A DNA stretch of 64,000 nt from assembly GCA_030390025.1 (NCBI GenBank), contig CM059432.1, forward strand, positions 9,176,001 to 9,240,000, given 5' to 3'. This DNA is from Squalus acanthias. Taxonomy: Eukaryota. Below are positions 62,543 through 64,000 of this stretch, in pieces; positions within the stretch are counted from its first letter, which is position 1, and every line of letters begins with the position of its first letter. Below the pieces are notes generated by a model, which did no database searches, was not told the DNA's origin, and saw only the letters and a list, made by a program, of their open reading frames with translations. Made by a program: the position numbers and the translations under genes.

Positions 62543-64000
62543 ATAGAAACATAGAAAAATAGGAGCAGGAGTAGGCCATTCGGCCCTTCGATATGATCAT
62601 GGCTGATCCTCTATCTCAATACCATATTCCTGCTCTCTCCCCATACCCCTTGATGCCTTTTGTTCTAGAAATCTATCTGTCTCCTTCTTAAATATATTCA
62701 GTGACTTGGCCTCCACAGCCTGCTGGGGTAGAGAATTCCACAGGTTCACCACCCTCTGAGTGAAAAAATTTCTCCTCATCTCAGTCCTAAATGTCCTACC
62801 CCGTATCCTGAGACTGTGACCCCTCGTTCTAGACACTCCAACCAGGGGAAACATCCTTCCTGCATCCAGTCTGTCTAGCCCTGTCAGAATTTTATACGTT
62901 TCAATGAGATCCCCTCTCATTCTTCTAAACTCTAGTGAATACAGGCCTAGTCAACCCAGTCTCTCCTCATACGACAGTCCTGCCATCCCAGGAATCAGTC
63001 TGGTGAACCTTCGCTGCACTCCCTCTATGGCAAGTATATCCTTTCTTAGGTAAGGAGGCCAAAACTGCACACAGTACTCCAGGTGTGGTCTCACCAAGGC
63101 CCTGTATAAATGTAGTAAGATATTTTTGCTCCTGTACTCAAATCCTCTTGCAATGAAGGCCAACATACCATTTGCCTTCCTAACTGCTTGCTGCACCTGC
63201 ATGTTTGCTTTCAGTGACTGGTGTACAAGGACACCCAGGTCCCTCTGTACATCAACATTTCCCAATCTATCACCATTTAAATAATACTCTGCCTTTCTGT
63301 TTTTCCTACCGAAGTGGATAACTTCACATTTATTCACGTTATACTGCATCTGCCATATAATTGCCCACTCACTCAACTTGTCTAAATCGCCTTGAAGCCT
63401 CTTTGCATCCTCCTCACAACTCACAATCCCATGTAGTTTTGTGTCATCAGCAAACTTAGAAATATTACATTTGGTTCCCTCATCCAAATCATTGATATAT
63501 ATTGTGAATAGCTGGGGTTCAAGCACTGATCCCTGCGGTACCCCACTAGTCACCGCCTGCCACCCCGAAAAAGACCCATTTATTCCTACTCTCTGTTTCC
63601 GGTCTGCTAACCAATTTTCAATCCATGCCAGTATATTACCCCCAATCCCATGTGCTTTAATTTTGCACACTAACCTCTTATGTGGGACTTTATCAAAGGC
63701 CGTCTGAAAATCCAAATACACCACATCCACTGGTTCTCCTTATCTAGTCTACCAGTTACATCCTCAAAAAACTCCAGTAGGTTTGTCAAACATGATTTCC
63801 CTTTCATAAATCCATGTTGACTTTGTCTAATCCCGTTGATATTTTCTAAGTGTCCTGTTATCACATCCTTTATAATAGACTCTAGCATTTTCCCTACTAC
63901 TGATGTTAGGCTAACCAGTCTGTAGTTCCCTGTTTTCTCTCTCCCTCCTTTTTTAAATAGTGGGGTTACATTTGCCACCCTCCAATCTGCCGGAACTGTT
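62543..64000 (-). mobile_element. CR1 RT fragment running off the window, inserted into a + strand CR1 (62365..62545)
   Basis: ORFs 63670..63978, 62951..63730 and 62597..62920. Confidence 0.93.

Noticed and set aside
1..64000. Prokaryotic systems (CRISPR array, retron, DGR) suggested by the abundant RT ORFs
   Set aside because: All RT ORFs are CR1-type, there is no repeat-spacer array, and the sequence is vertebrate-like.

Overview
Eukaryotic, repeat-saturated intronic or intergenic DNA, almost certainly from a cartilaginous fish (shark/ray). This is inferred from HE1-type V-SINE, SacSINE1-type DeuSINEs and very dense CR1 fragments. No host protein-coding gene could be recognised. The window holds about 25 CR1 LINE fragments, L2 and a second CR1/L2-group LINE, an RTE 3' end and three SINE families. 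It also has Penelope-like fragments carrying minimal hammerhead ribozyme motifs, two decayed PIF/Harbinger elements (transposase and Myb/SANT genes), several Harbinger-type and Tc1/pogo-type MITEs, and a 3.75-kb CCTT polypyrimidine tract. The most notable object is a structurally complete 1.87-kb CsRn1-type Gypsy LTR element (LTRs, tRNA-Trp PBS, PPT, 4-bp TSD). Its single reading frame joins Gag and protease directly to the integrase C-terminal GPY/F module, with RT, RNase H and the integrase core absent. Penelope insertion footprints are also unusual: a fold-back hairpin whose apex is the hammerhead core, and a locally templated 5' junction. Orphan exon candidates on both strands are low confidence. 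Repeat-fragment boundaries are approximate unless TSDs are quoted.
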